Shown piece after piece: positions 28,446 to 36,528 of a DNA stretch of 50,803 nt; position 1 is the stretch's first letter; each line of letters begins with the position of its first letter. The stretch covers positions 1 through 50,803 of the forward strand of contig DASPSR010000041.1 in assembly GCA_035623825.1 (NCBI GenBank), in the 5' to 3' direction. Both the position numbers and the translations under genes were made by a program. Source of the stretch: Nitrospirota bacterium (GTDB lineage Bacteria > Nitrospirota > UBA9217). The notes beneath the pieces were generated by a model that was not told the origin of the DNA, made no database searches, and saw nothing but the letters and a program-made list of their open reading frames with translations.

Positions 28446-30629
28446 TCAAATCTCTATCAGCTCGCTTCGGTAGCTCCCTTGCGGGTGACCTGCCGTCACG
28501 AGATCCCCCTTGTCGGAGATCCGCTTGACCCGCACCCGTGTGGCATTCCAAGCAGGAAGAGGCTTCGCTCCTTGGTTTGCCACCGCCAGAAGCTGAAGCG
28601 GATTCGCTCCCCTTCCCTTTGCGTAGCGCCCCATGTCCCTATGCCCCTGCCCCAGAGGCATCGCCACCATGTCGGGCCGGATGCCGGGGAAGATCACCGC
28701 AGGCACGCGCAGCGATCCCTGGGGGGACGTTACCTCTACCAGGTCGCCGAATTTGATACCCAGCTCGTCGGCGGTCTTGGGGTTGATCTCGACCCAGCTG
28801 TCCCAGACAACTGTAGTCATCGGGTCCGGGAGTTGCTGCAACCAGGGGAGCGGAGCGCCGCGGCCGTCGTAAAAAGCGGTCGAGGGGTATATCGTGAAGT
28901 GAAGCGGGAATTCCTTGTCATTGCCGTTGAACCGCGGCTTCGCCGGTTCAGGTATGCCCGCCGACCAGCGATAGCTTTTGCCCTGGCCCTGGTTCGTCTT
29001 GAAGATCCCCCCTTTTCGGAGGAGTTCGACCCACGTTGTTTCGAAATCCTTGCCGCCACCGACTTTCTGTTTCATCTCGGCCTTCAGCATTTCCACATAC
29101 GATCCAAAGGGGAACGCTGCCTTCATCTCCCCGCCCAGCCCTGTAGCCGCGGCCATCAGTACCTCCGGGAACTGGCGAGTGTCGAACACGGGCATGACCA
29201 CCGGCTGCATCAGCCCGGTCACACTGTCTCTCGTGCCGGCAAGCGGGATCACATCCCCCCAGCTCTCGAGGGCCGCATGGTCAGGCAGAACCAGGTCAGC
29301 CATAAGCGAGGTGTCGTCCATGAGCGAAGAGAAGCTCACGATGAACGGGACCTTGGCAAGGGCATCCTGGAAACCGGTGGACGGCGGGACTGTGTGGACC
29401 GGATCGCCAAGGATAAGGGCCACCCGGATAGTGCCATCCTGCATTTTTTTGACGAGGGAGAGAAGTTCATCAAAAGAGTTTACCGGGCCTTCCGGAGCGG
29501 CGTTGTCCGGATAAATCCCGCCGGTCTTGTTCAGGTTCCCTGCGAGCACATTCAGCAAATGGACCGCCCGGATTGATTCCGGACCGTTGCTCTGGAACGC
29601 GATCGTCTCGCCAGCCATGGCCAGAGCCGGACGGGTCACGGCAAACTCCCGCGCCACCTCGGCGATGGCCTGCTGCGAGAGCCCTGTCTCTTCCGCCACA
29701 CGGGGAAGATCGTACGGCCTGAGCCGCTCAAGCAATGTTTCCGCCCCGATTCCGTTCGCGGAAACGGCGGCCTTGTCATACAGAGACTCTGCCAGGATCA
29801 ACCTGGCCATACCCAGAGCCAGCGTTCCTTCGCTTCCCGGCCGCGCAGGCATCCAGCGGTCAGCCGATGCTGCGGTCAAAGACAGCCGTCCGCCAACATA
29901 GGTGAAATGACCGCGGACCGTGTCCCTCCCCTGGCGCATTCTGCCGAAGGCATAGCCGTACTGTACAGGTGACAAATGGCTTTCCACGAAGTCCGCACCG
30001 AAGCTCAAGAGATACCGGGTCTCGGCCACATCATAATAAGGAAGGCCCGGTTGGCCGAAGCTTTGGAGGGTTGCCTGTCGAAGCCAATCGGGTCCGAGCA
30101 GCTCATAGAAAAGCTGGTTAGGGGAACCGAAGGAGCGCATGAAGCTTGTCGTCAGCTTCGCCAAAGTGCCCCTGAGCTGGGGCGTCAGCAGGGCCAGACC
30201 CGACGATCCTTCCAGTTTGAGCGACTTGAGCCTTCCGACTAAAATGTTCAGCCCCTCGTCCCATGAGATCCTGGTAAATTCCCCCGACCCGCGCGACCCG
30301 CCTCGCTTCATGGGTTGCGGCACACGGTCGGGATGATACAGTTCCTGCAAAGCGGCCTGCCCCCGGGGACACAGTTTTCCCATGTTAACCGGATGAGTTG
30401 GATTCCCCTCTATCTTCTTTGCCCGCCCTTCCGATACCCGCACCAGGATGCCGCAGCCGGCAGGACAGGACCTGCAAGAGCTCGCATAATAATCGGCTTT
30501 GCCGGGAGTCACGCCCTCGTCCGGCGGGATCAGGTAGGGAATCAGTTTCTCGTTCGCGGACTTGCAGCCTGTCAGCATGGCGCCGGCGGTCGTAAGTCCG
30601 CTAAGCTGTAGAAAGGTCCTCCGCTTCAT
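28446..30629 (-). CDS. molybdopterin-oxidoreductase-fold subunit (ActB1/QrcB-like), Tat lipoprotein
   Basis: MKRRTFL Tat motif, LTGC lipobox, CRSCPAGC...KIEGNP.HP...LCPRGQ, WLQQLPDPMTTVVWD, VEINP. Confidence 0.88.
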   Translation of the reverse strand: MKRRTFLQLSGLTTAGAMLTGCKSANEKLIPYLIPPDEGVTPGKADYYASSCRSCPAGCGILVRVSEGRAKKIEGNPTHPVNMGKLCPRGQAALQELYHPDRVPQPMKRGGSRGSGEFTRISWDEGLNILVGRLKSLKLEGSSGLALLTPQLRGTLAKLTTSFMRSFGSPNQLFYELLGPDWLRQATLQSFGQPGLPYYDVAETRYLLSFGADFVESHLSPVQYGYAFGRMRQGRDTVRGHFTYVGGRLSLTAASADRWMPARPGSEGTLALGMARLILAESLYDKAAVSANGIGAETLLERLRPYDLPRVAEETGLSQQAIAEVAREFAVTRPALAMAGETIAFQSNGPESIRAVHLLNVLAGNLNKTGGIYPDNAAPEGPVNSFDELLSLVKKMQDGTIRVALILGDPVHTVPPSTGFQDALAKVPFIVSFSSLMDDTSLMADLVLPDHAALESWGDVIPLAGTRDSVTGLMQPVVMPVFDTRQFPEVLMAAATGLGGEMKAAFPFGSYVEMLKAEMKQKVGGGKDFETTWVELLRKGGIFKTNQGQGKSYRWSAGIPEPAKPRFNGNDKEFPLHFTIYPSTAFYDGRGAPLPWLQQLPDPMTTVVWDSWVEINPKTADELGIKFGDLVEVTSPQGSLRVPAVIFPGIRPDMVAMPLGQGHRDMGRYAKGRGANPLQLLAVANQGAKPLPAWNATRVRVKRISDKGDLVTAGHPQGSYRSELIEI

Positions 30630-30640
30630 CTGTGCTCCCT

Positions 30641-31195
30641 TTATTTATGGCATGTCCAGCAATCGATGCTTGCTTTATGCTGCTTGTGGCAGTTCAGACA
30701 CCAGCCCATCTCGATCTTGACTGACCGGGTGATCCGCGCCATAGCGGCCACCTCTCCGTGGCAACCTGCGCAGGCAAGTCCGGCTCGTATGTGCATCATG
30801 TGCGGGAAATAAACGAAGTCCGGCACCCAGTAGACGCGGACCCAGGGGATCGGCTCCTTTTTTTCCCAGTACTGCATCAGTTTCTTGATTTCAGGGGCGT
30901 TCTGTGCAATGAACAGGTGACAGGCCCGGCAGTCCGCCACTGCGGGGATGCCGGCGACCGGGGACTTGGGAGCGTAGCGATGACAGAAGAGGCACGGGAT
31001 GGCGTTGTCACCCGCATGGATTTTGTGGCTGAAGGCGATCGGCTGTACCGGAGAGCGATCAAGAAGATCCAGTGGCAATATGTACATGTATGCCAGGATG
31101 GCTGCGACAACAAGAACTGCGACTACTAGCCCGCTGATAAGCCACGATAATTTCATGGTCACTAGCAGGGAGAGCCCGATGACCGTGCGGACCAT
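30641..31195 (-). CDS. pentaheme cytochrome c (ActA/QrcA-like)
   Basis: QPIAFSHKIH; five CxxCH (CLFCH, CRACH, CAGCH, CLNCH, CWTCH); IPWVRVY..PDFVYF.H; MGWC. Confidence 0.9.
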   Translation of the reverse strand: MVRTVIGLSLLVTMKLSWLISGLVVAVLVVAAILAYMYILPLDLLDRSPVQPIAFSHKIHAGDNAIPCLFCHRYAPKSPVAGIPAVADCRACHLFIAQNAPEIKKLMQYWEKKEPIPWVRVYWVPDFVYFPHMMHIRAGLACAGCHGEVAAMARITRSVKIEMGWCLNCHKQHKASIDCWTCHK

Positions 31196-31250
31196 GCTCC
31201 ATCGCGTATCCCCCTACCCTCCCGCCGCATAATGTCGTCAGATACATATC

Positions 31251-31278
31251 AGTTTACCTGAATTGCGTTAATAGTCAA
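31251..31278 (-). promoter_or_regulatory. putative sigma70 promoter of act-cyd operon
   Basis: Minus strand TTGACT-N16-TAAACT upstream of the actA-like gene. Confidence 0.4.
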
Positions 31279-31279
31279 G

Positions 31280-31948
31280 TCAGACGAGCAGGAAATCCCT
31301 ATCGCCCGCAAAATACCTCTGCGCGAGCAGCAGGAGCTTTAAATAATAATTGTCAAGACAAGGAACGAAGTCATGCGCCGCGATGGAGACATGTTCCTCG
31401 ACCCGGGAATTCCGGCACAGTCGTCCCTTGACGGTTCCTTCTCTTCCCGAGAAAAGCCGTATCCCGTCCTCCAGAGCCACCTCGAGCACTCCGTCGACCT
31501 CATCCGGCTGGAGTACGAGCGTTTCGGGACGAACAGGCCTGGGGAGTAAAAATACATCCTGAAACTCGTATTCGGTCACGCCTTTGTCAAAACAATAGAC
31601 GAATGTCCTGCGCCCGATCGGCAACAATTCATCAAAACTGACGCTCAGGCCGATCTCTTCTTCGATCTCACGCGGTCCAGCGGTCCTGGCATCCTCCCCG
31701 GAGGCGTAGTGCCCGCCCACGCTCACGTCGAACTTTCCCGGAGCGATCTTCTTCTGTGCTGACCGTTTTTGGAACAGAGCGTACGCCTTCCCGTCTCGCA
31801 CATAGATAATGAGGCAGTGGAACGCACCGTGCCACACGCCGGTCCGGTGGGCTTCGTCGCGAGAGACGACCTCTCCGCTCTTCGTCCCCCGGCAGGTCAA
31901 TATATCGAAATGCTCCGTATGCCGCCTCCATAAGAGTAATTCCATCAT
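31280..31948 (-). CDS. NUDIX hydrolase (IPP isomerase-like)
   Basis: HRTGVWH..FHC, QKRSAQK..PGKFDVSVGGH..GE......REIEEEIGL, LQPDEV; true start uncertain. Confidence 0.85.
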   Translation of the reverse strand: MMELLLWRRHTEHFDILTCRGTKSGEVVSRDEAHRTGVWHGAFHCLIIYVRDGKAYALFQKRSAQKKIAPGKFDVSVGGHYASGEDARTAGPREIEEEIGLSVSFDELLPIGRRTFVYCFDKGVTEYEFQDVFLLPRPVRPETLVLQPDEVDGVLEVALEDGIRLFSGREGTVKGRLCRNSRVEEHVSIAAHDFVPCLDNYYLKLLLLAQRYFAGDRDFLLV

Positions 31949-32136
31949 CAGTTACAATGTGGCTATTATAGACGAAAGCGTGGACCTTTTCATCACAATT
32001 CCGGACGTGAGACCTCGCACCCGGCACTTCAATCTTTTTATGGCAACGCCAGCGTGATTTCGCTATAATGTTCTCGTCATATGGGAGAGAAGCTTTTCTG
32101 TTCTTTTTTCAATCCCATACGCTGGTCCCCCGAGCT

Positions 32137-33126
32137 ATGAACTTATCGCCCTTTTTCAATTCCTATGCCGGCATGTATGTGGCCCAGTCGTTCTGTCATT
32201 CGGTGATTGCGTCCATCATCGCGGACCAGGCTGTGAAACTATGGAAGATCGACGATCCGGGGATACGCCAGCGGTTCCGCCTTATCGTCGTTCTCTTTCC
32301 GATCTTTTCGTTCCCTCTCTACCAGGTACTTAACCCCGGCAGAAGCTCGGTGCTGTTCCGGCTGAGCGCCCTCTTCGACATCAATCGGTGGCTGAATATG
32401 GAGATCTGGGGCATCATCCCTTTCAGCATCTTATTCCTGATCGTTCTTGCGATCACCTCCCTGATATTCCTGTTCCAGGAGATGGTCCCCGTTCTCAGGC
32501 ACACCCTCGAGTCGAAACACGCAGTCCATGATGGAGCGCGCACCCACGCCGATCCCTTTATCGAGCGCGCGTCCAATGAGCTCTCGATTGAGACGCCGGA
32601 GATGCTCATCGTGGACGATGATGAACCCGTGATCTTGTCGACGACGGGGAAGAACCCCGCCATCCTGATCTCTACCGGCCTGTCCAAGACGCTTACGCCG
32701 GACGAGATGCAGGCAGCGCTCGCCCATGAGATCGCGCATATCGCGCGGAGCCGACGCCCCGTGCTTCTGGTCGTATTTCTCCTGAGGGTGATCATGTTCT
32801 TTAATCCCGTCGTTCTCGTCGAATTCAGGCGGGTTGTCCGGAATGAAGAAAAGATCTGCGATGACATCGCTGTCTCGATAACGAATCGTCCGGAGGCGCT
32901 GGCGGAGGCCTTGAAGAAGTTTTATACCGTTCGCGACGCTCCTGGGCCCGATGTCGAGCGACCCCTGTTCACGCCGGTACGCCTTGAAGAGTACAGCTAC
33001 AATATGCAGCTTGACACCAGGATCACAAGACTTGAGCAGAATACGCCGCGGAGCGCCGGCGGCCGATGGTTTTCCTTTATGATCGTTATTCTCATCATTG
33101 CGGGTATAAGCTACTTTGTCGTATGA
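32137..33126 (+). CDS. M56/M48 family integral-membrane zinc metallopeptidase
   Basis: N-terminal TM segments, AALAHEIAH (HExxH), FFNPV, EEKICDD.A, P.ALAEAL; start at MNLSP. Confidence 0.85.
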   Translation: MNLSPFFNSYAGMYVAQSFCHSVIASIIADQAVKLWKIDDPGIRQRFRLIVVLFPIFSFPLYQVLNPGRSSVLFRLSALFDINRWLNMEIWGIIPFSILFLIVLAITSLIFLFQEMVPVLRHTLESKHAVHDGARTHADPFIERASNELSIETPEMLIVDDDEPVILSTTGKNPAILISTGLSKTLTPDEMQAALAHEIAHIARSRRPVLLVVFLLRVIMFFNPVVLVEFRRVVRNEEKICDDIAVSITNRPEALAEALKKFYTVRDAPGPDVERPLFTPVRLEEYSYNMQLDTRITRLEQNTPRSAGGRWFSFMIVILIIAGISYFVV

Positions 33127-33142
33127 CCGGGAGGTGAACGCG

Positions 33143-33679
33143 GTGCGATCACGAGCGTATGGTTTCTTATATTTTTTGCTGACCGTTGCGGCGGTGATCA
33201 TTGTCTTGAAGACCTTGAACTGGCTGCCCCTGGTGCTTCAGCAGGATACGATGAGAAGGTACGGCAGCGTCGAAGAGGTGAAGGCAAAACTGAACATCAA
33301 GGACCTGTACGTGCCGACGTATTTCCCGCAGAGCATAACGTGGCCGCCTTCGGAAATTCTGGCGCAGGCGAAACCGTATCCTGCGGTGCTCATGGTATTT
33401 AATCAAGCGGGCAAGCGCGATGTCGCACTCGTCATATCTCAGACCGCTTCGGGCGCCTTTTCCGGAAACGAGTTCATAAAATTGATCAAAATAACGGAAA
33501 CGGTCCCCTATCATTTTAAAGACGGGACGGCGCTCCTCGAGGTCGGCACATGCAAAAACGACGAGCCTTGCAGCAGGCTCTCATGGACTGAAGGCAGCTA
33601 CCGGCTGACCGCAGTCATGAAATCTCCTCCCTTCGAGCTGATCAGGATCGCAGAGAGCATGGAGAGCATGCTCCATTAG
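33143..33679 (+). CDS. hypothetical membrane-anchored/exported protein
   Basis: N-terminal TM, VPTYFPQSITWPP motif; GTG start behind GGAGG directly after the peptidase stop. Confidence 0.7.
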   Translation: MRSRAYGFLYFLLTVAAVIIVLKTLNWLPLVLQQDTMRRYGSVEEVKAKLNIKDLYVPTYFPQSITWPPSEILAQAKPYPAVLMVFNQAGKRDVALVISQTASGAFSGNEFIKLIKITETVPYHFKDGTALLEVGTCKNDEPCSRLSWTEGSYRLTAVMKSPPFELIRIAESMESMLH

Positions 33680-33952
33680 ACAGCCCGCCAGTGGCCCTTG
33701 ACATAGCCCTGCCGGCACTGCCACCATGCCGCTTTCGTACGCAGCCGGAGAACCCGGAAAGAACGCCCTTTTAGATCTCCTCGTCATGACGCTGTCCAGA
33801 GCGCGCTGCGCTCGATGACGGATTCCTCTCCCTCCCTATCTCTCGCAGCAAATTCCCATGCATGGGTCAGCAGCCGACCGTTTCCGCCACTTTCGGTCCT
33901 TCGCAGCGTGAGCGCAAATTCGGTCTTTTTTGCTCAATATTCCCCTGACTAT

Positions 33953-34019
33953 TACGATACCTTTCCCGTGCAAATAGGAATTTCTTCCAATATGCAAGGA
34001 TGGAAATCTTTGATATACA
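33953..34019 (+). promoter_or_regulatory. activator-dependent promoter A with two imperfect TAGGAA-N4-TTCCTA boxes
   Basis: TACGAT-acct-TTCCCG (33953-68), TAGGAA-tttc-TTCCAA (33975-90), then TGaTATACA extended -10. Confidence 0.6.
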
Positions 34020-34047
34020 CAAAGTAAACGGACAAAGGAGGTGCCAC

Positions 34048-34383
34048 ATGCTTACCTACAAGGGAGGACAAACAGTTGGAAAGGGAACGTACTGGGATCT
34101 GTCAAGCGGCCGGCGGATCGATGTGGTCAACGAAGCAGTGCTATCAGGAGGAAGGGCGACGTATGTCAGGATGTCGGCGGGTGTCATGCTGCTGTCGGGT
34201 CCGCTCATCGGGTTGCTCTACGCAGTGCTGATGCCTTTCGTCGGCATAGCATCTCTCGCGGTCCTTGCCGTAGGCGGCGTCCTGAAAGGTGCGTACGACC
34301 TGGCGGTGAAGAGCGTCTCCTTTGGATGGAGACCGATAAACGCCTACCTGTCAGGCAGGAAGAAAAGGAATGCAAAAAGGTAA
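34048..34383 (+). CDS. small hypothetical membrane protein, type A copy 1
   Basis: AGGAGG RBS; MLTYKGG..VGKGTYWDL..GRRID; paralog of 35049..35390. Confidence 0.8.
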   Translation: MLTYKGGQTVGKGTYWDLSSGRRIDVVNEAVLSGGRATYVRMSAGVMLLSGPLIGLLYAVLMPFVGIASLAVLAVGGVLKGAYDLAVKSVSFGWRPINAYLSGRKKRNAKR

Positions 34384-34405
34384 AGTTTCGGCAGCGCTTT
34401 TCCCG

Positions 34406-34435
34406 GCGAAGAGTGCGGACCTCCGCGCTCTTCGC
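34406..34435. other. strong intergenic hairpin without U-tract
   Basis: GCGAAGAGTGCGGA / TCCGCGCTCTTCGC arms. Confidence 0.5.
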
Positions 34436-34483
34436 GGACAACGAAAATCCCAAGACTGAAAATCACAGAGAGGAGGCACCATC

Positions 34484-34888
34484 ATGTTTACGCTTGTAGA
34501 TTTCATCACGCACATTAAGGGAGTCGAGTACATCCTGTCCATCCTTGCCATTGGAGGGTTTCTCCTTTTCTGGGAGGTCTTGAAGCCAAAGCCTTTCAGT
34601 ACCGTGATCGCCACCGGCAGGCAAGACTTGGAGCATATCCAGCAAACAGGATACGGTGATACCGTGAAGAGCATAGGAAAGATAGCGGCGGCCCCGTTCA
34701 TAGGCCTGTTTTATCTTGCCATGCTGCCTGTCGGATTTGCCGCAGCGCTTGTTATCGGAGTCGTTAATCTTACACTTAAAGGTTTAAGCGCCGTACTCGG
34801 TAAGAACATGTCTTTTGACTGGAGACCCATGGAGGCATACCTTGCCGGAAAGAAGACAAAGAAGGAGACCGGAGAAAAAATACAATAA
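34484..34888 (+). CDS. small hypothetical membrane protein, type B copy 1 (HmcD-like N-terminus)
   Basis: GGAGG RBS; MFTLVDFITHIKGVEY; paralog of 35505..35912. Confidence 0.8.
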   Translation: MFTLVDFITHIKGVEYILSILAIGGFLLFWEVLKPKPFSTVIATGRQDLEHIQQTGYGDTVKSIGKIAAAPFIGLFYLAMLPVGFAAALVIGVVNLTLKGLSAVLGKNMSFDWRPMEAYLAGKKTKKETGEKIQ

Positions 34889-34924
34889 TTTCATTATGAT
34901 ATGACATTTGTAATACTTTGTGTC

Positions 34925-34993
34925 TAAGAACAAATTCCTATGTGAAATAGGAGTTTCTTTCAATACCTATCCCGCGGGGTTGCCTGATATACT
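34925..34993 (+). promoter_or_regulatory. activator-dependent promoter B with two imperfect TAGGAA-N4-TTCCTA boxes
   Basis: TAAGAA-caaa-TTCCTA (34925-40), TAGGAG-tttc-TTTCAA (34948-63), then TGaTATACT extended -10. Confidence 0.62.
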
Positions 34994-35048
34994 ATTTTTG
35001 AAATTCACGGTAACCTGAGCAAGGGGAGAAAAAAAGGAGGTGAAACAT

Positions 35049-35390
35049 ATGCTTATCAACAAAGGCGGGCATTGGGTAAGCAAGGGTACGTACTGGGATT
35101 TGCGCAGAGGACGGAGAATTGATATTGCCGATGAAGGCGCGCTTCCTGGCGGCGAGACATCAACCTATCTCAGGATGCCATCGGGCGTCATGCTGTTATT
35201 GGGACCGATCATCGGATTGCTCTACGCCATACTGCTGCCGATTATCGGCATAGTAACCGTTGCAGCCCTGGCAGTGTACAAAATTCTGGGAGGCCTGTAC
35301 GACCTGGCGGCGAAAAGCATCTCCTTTGGATGGACACCGAAAAGCGCCTATCTTTCCGGAAAGAAAAAGAAGAAACAGGACACAAAGTAA
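35049..35390 (+). CDS. small hypothetical membrane protein, type A copy 2
   Basis: AGGAGG RBS before ATG 35049; KGG..VSKGTYWDL..GRRID. Confidence 0.8.
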   Translation: MLINKGGHWVSKGTYWDLRRGRRIDIADEGALPGGETSTYLRMPSGVMLLLGPIIGLLYAILLPIIGIVTVAALAVYKILGGLYDLAAKSISFGWTPKSAYLSGKKKKKQDTK

Positions 35391-35504
35391 CCATAAAAGT
35401 AGCTATATCATCATAGTGGGACAGCTCACCGATCTTGAAAGAAACTCAAGCGAAGGAAGATAAAGGTAATGTAACGACAATCAATTAGGGGAGGAGGGGA
35501 TTCT

Positions 35505-35912
35505 ATGTATACGCTGGTGGATTTTATCACGCACGTGAAGGGCATCGAGTATGTTCTGTCTTTGCTCGCTATCGCCGTGTTCCTGGTTTTCTGGGAAGAA
35601 CTGAAGCCCAAGCCTTTCCGGACGGTGGTCAATACCGGAAAGGACGATCTGGCGCATGTTAAGGAGGCCGGAGGGTTCAGGAGCATTCTGAAGAGCGTTG
35701 GCAAGATAGCAGCCGCTCCGTTCATCGGGTTGGCGTACATCGTGATGCTGCCGATCGGGTTCTTTGTGGCCTTGTCCGCTGCCGTCGTCAACCTTGCGGT
35801 GAAAGGGGCTGCGACCGTTGCAGGGAAGAGCATGACCTTTGAGTGGAGGCCTGTCGAAGCGTATTTCGCCGGGAAGAAGAATAAGAAGGAGAAGAAGACC
35901 GAACGGAAATAA
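35505..35912 (+). CDS. small hypothetical membrane protein, type B copy 2
   Basis: GGAGGAGG RBS; MYTLVDFITHVKGIEY...FEWRPVEAYFAGKK. Confidence 0.8.
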   Translation: MYTLVDFITHVKGIEYVLSLLAIAVFLVFWEELKPKPFRTVVNTGKDDLAHVKEAGGFRSILKSVGKIAAAPFIGLAYIVMLPIGFFVALSAAVVNLAVKGAATVAGKSMTFEWRPVEAYFAGKKNKKEKKTERK

Positions 35913-35960
35913 TGCGTGAATCGAGAGATAGAGAACGTTCCCAGGCAACGGAGGAATAAT

Positions 35961-36464
35961 ATGGAAAAAAGAATATGGAGTATCCTGATCTTCGCTTTTT
36001 GCATCATGGTCGCAACGTTTCTCCTCATTGGTAGCGGTATGAAGATCACCGTAGCGGATGCGTCCTCGGCATCGGGCCTACCGGGAGTCCGGACCTTAGG
36101 GAGCATTTCGAACCAGTATGCACCGGTACAGTTCGACCATCCCAAGCATGTCATGATCGCCGGCAACTGCGCTTCATGCCATCACCAGCACCCGGACAAC
36201 AAGAAATTGAACTGCACGGATTGTCATGCAATTGCTCCCGCTGTATTCAAAAACTCGGTAAAACAGAATTTCGCGGCCTGTTCTTCCTGTCACAGTGCCC
36301 CAGATCCCAGCAACCCCTCGGTGCCGGGCCTCAAGGTTGCGTATCATAAGCAGTGCTTTTCATGTCACCGGGGAATGGGCGACATCGGTGCCGACCCGAA
36401 AGGCTGTACCGAAATCTGTCATGTCAAGAAGGCGGCAAAACCCGGCGTGACGGCACAACCGTAG
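35961..36464 (+). CDS. periplasmic multiheme cytochrome c (c3/HmcA-like; four CxxCH plus one CxxxCH)
   Basis: Signal/anchor; PVQFDHPKH, CASCH, CTDCH, CSSCH, GLKVAYHKQCFSCH, CTEICH. Confidence 0.88.
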   Translation: MEKRIWSILIFAFCIMVATFLLIGSGMKITVADASSASGLPGVRTLGSISNQYAPVQFDHPKHVMIAGNCASCHHQHPDNKKLNCTDCHAIAPAVFKNSVKQNFAACSSCHSAPDPSNPSVPGLKVAYHKQCFSCHRGMGDIGADPKGCTEICHVKKAAKPGVTAQP

Positions 36465-36528
36465 ACTAAGGCGCGATACGCGGGATTCGCCGCGAGCAGA
36501 TTATCTACATGACCAAAGGAGGTCATCT

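Noticed and set aside
28446-30629. Catalytic molybdoenzyme or selenoprotein call
   Set aside because: No in-frame TGA, no evident Mo ligand, and the context matches ACIII/Qrc.
32137-33126. Beta-lactam sensor BlaR1/MecR1
   Set aside because: No penicillin-binding domain, BlaI repressor or beta-lactamase nearby.
34048-35912. Assembly artefact explaining the duplicated gene pair
   Set aside because: The copies differ substantially in DNA and protein sequence and have different spacers.
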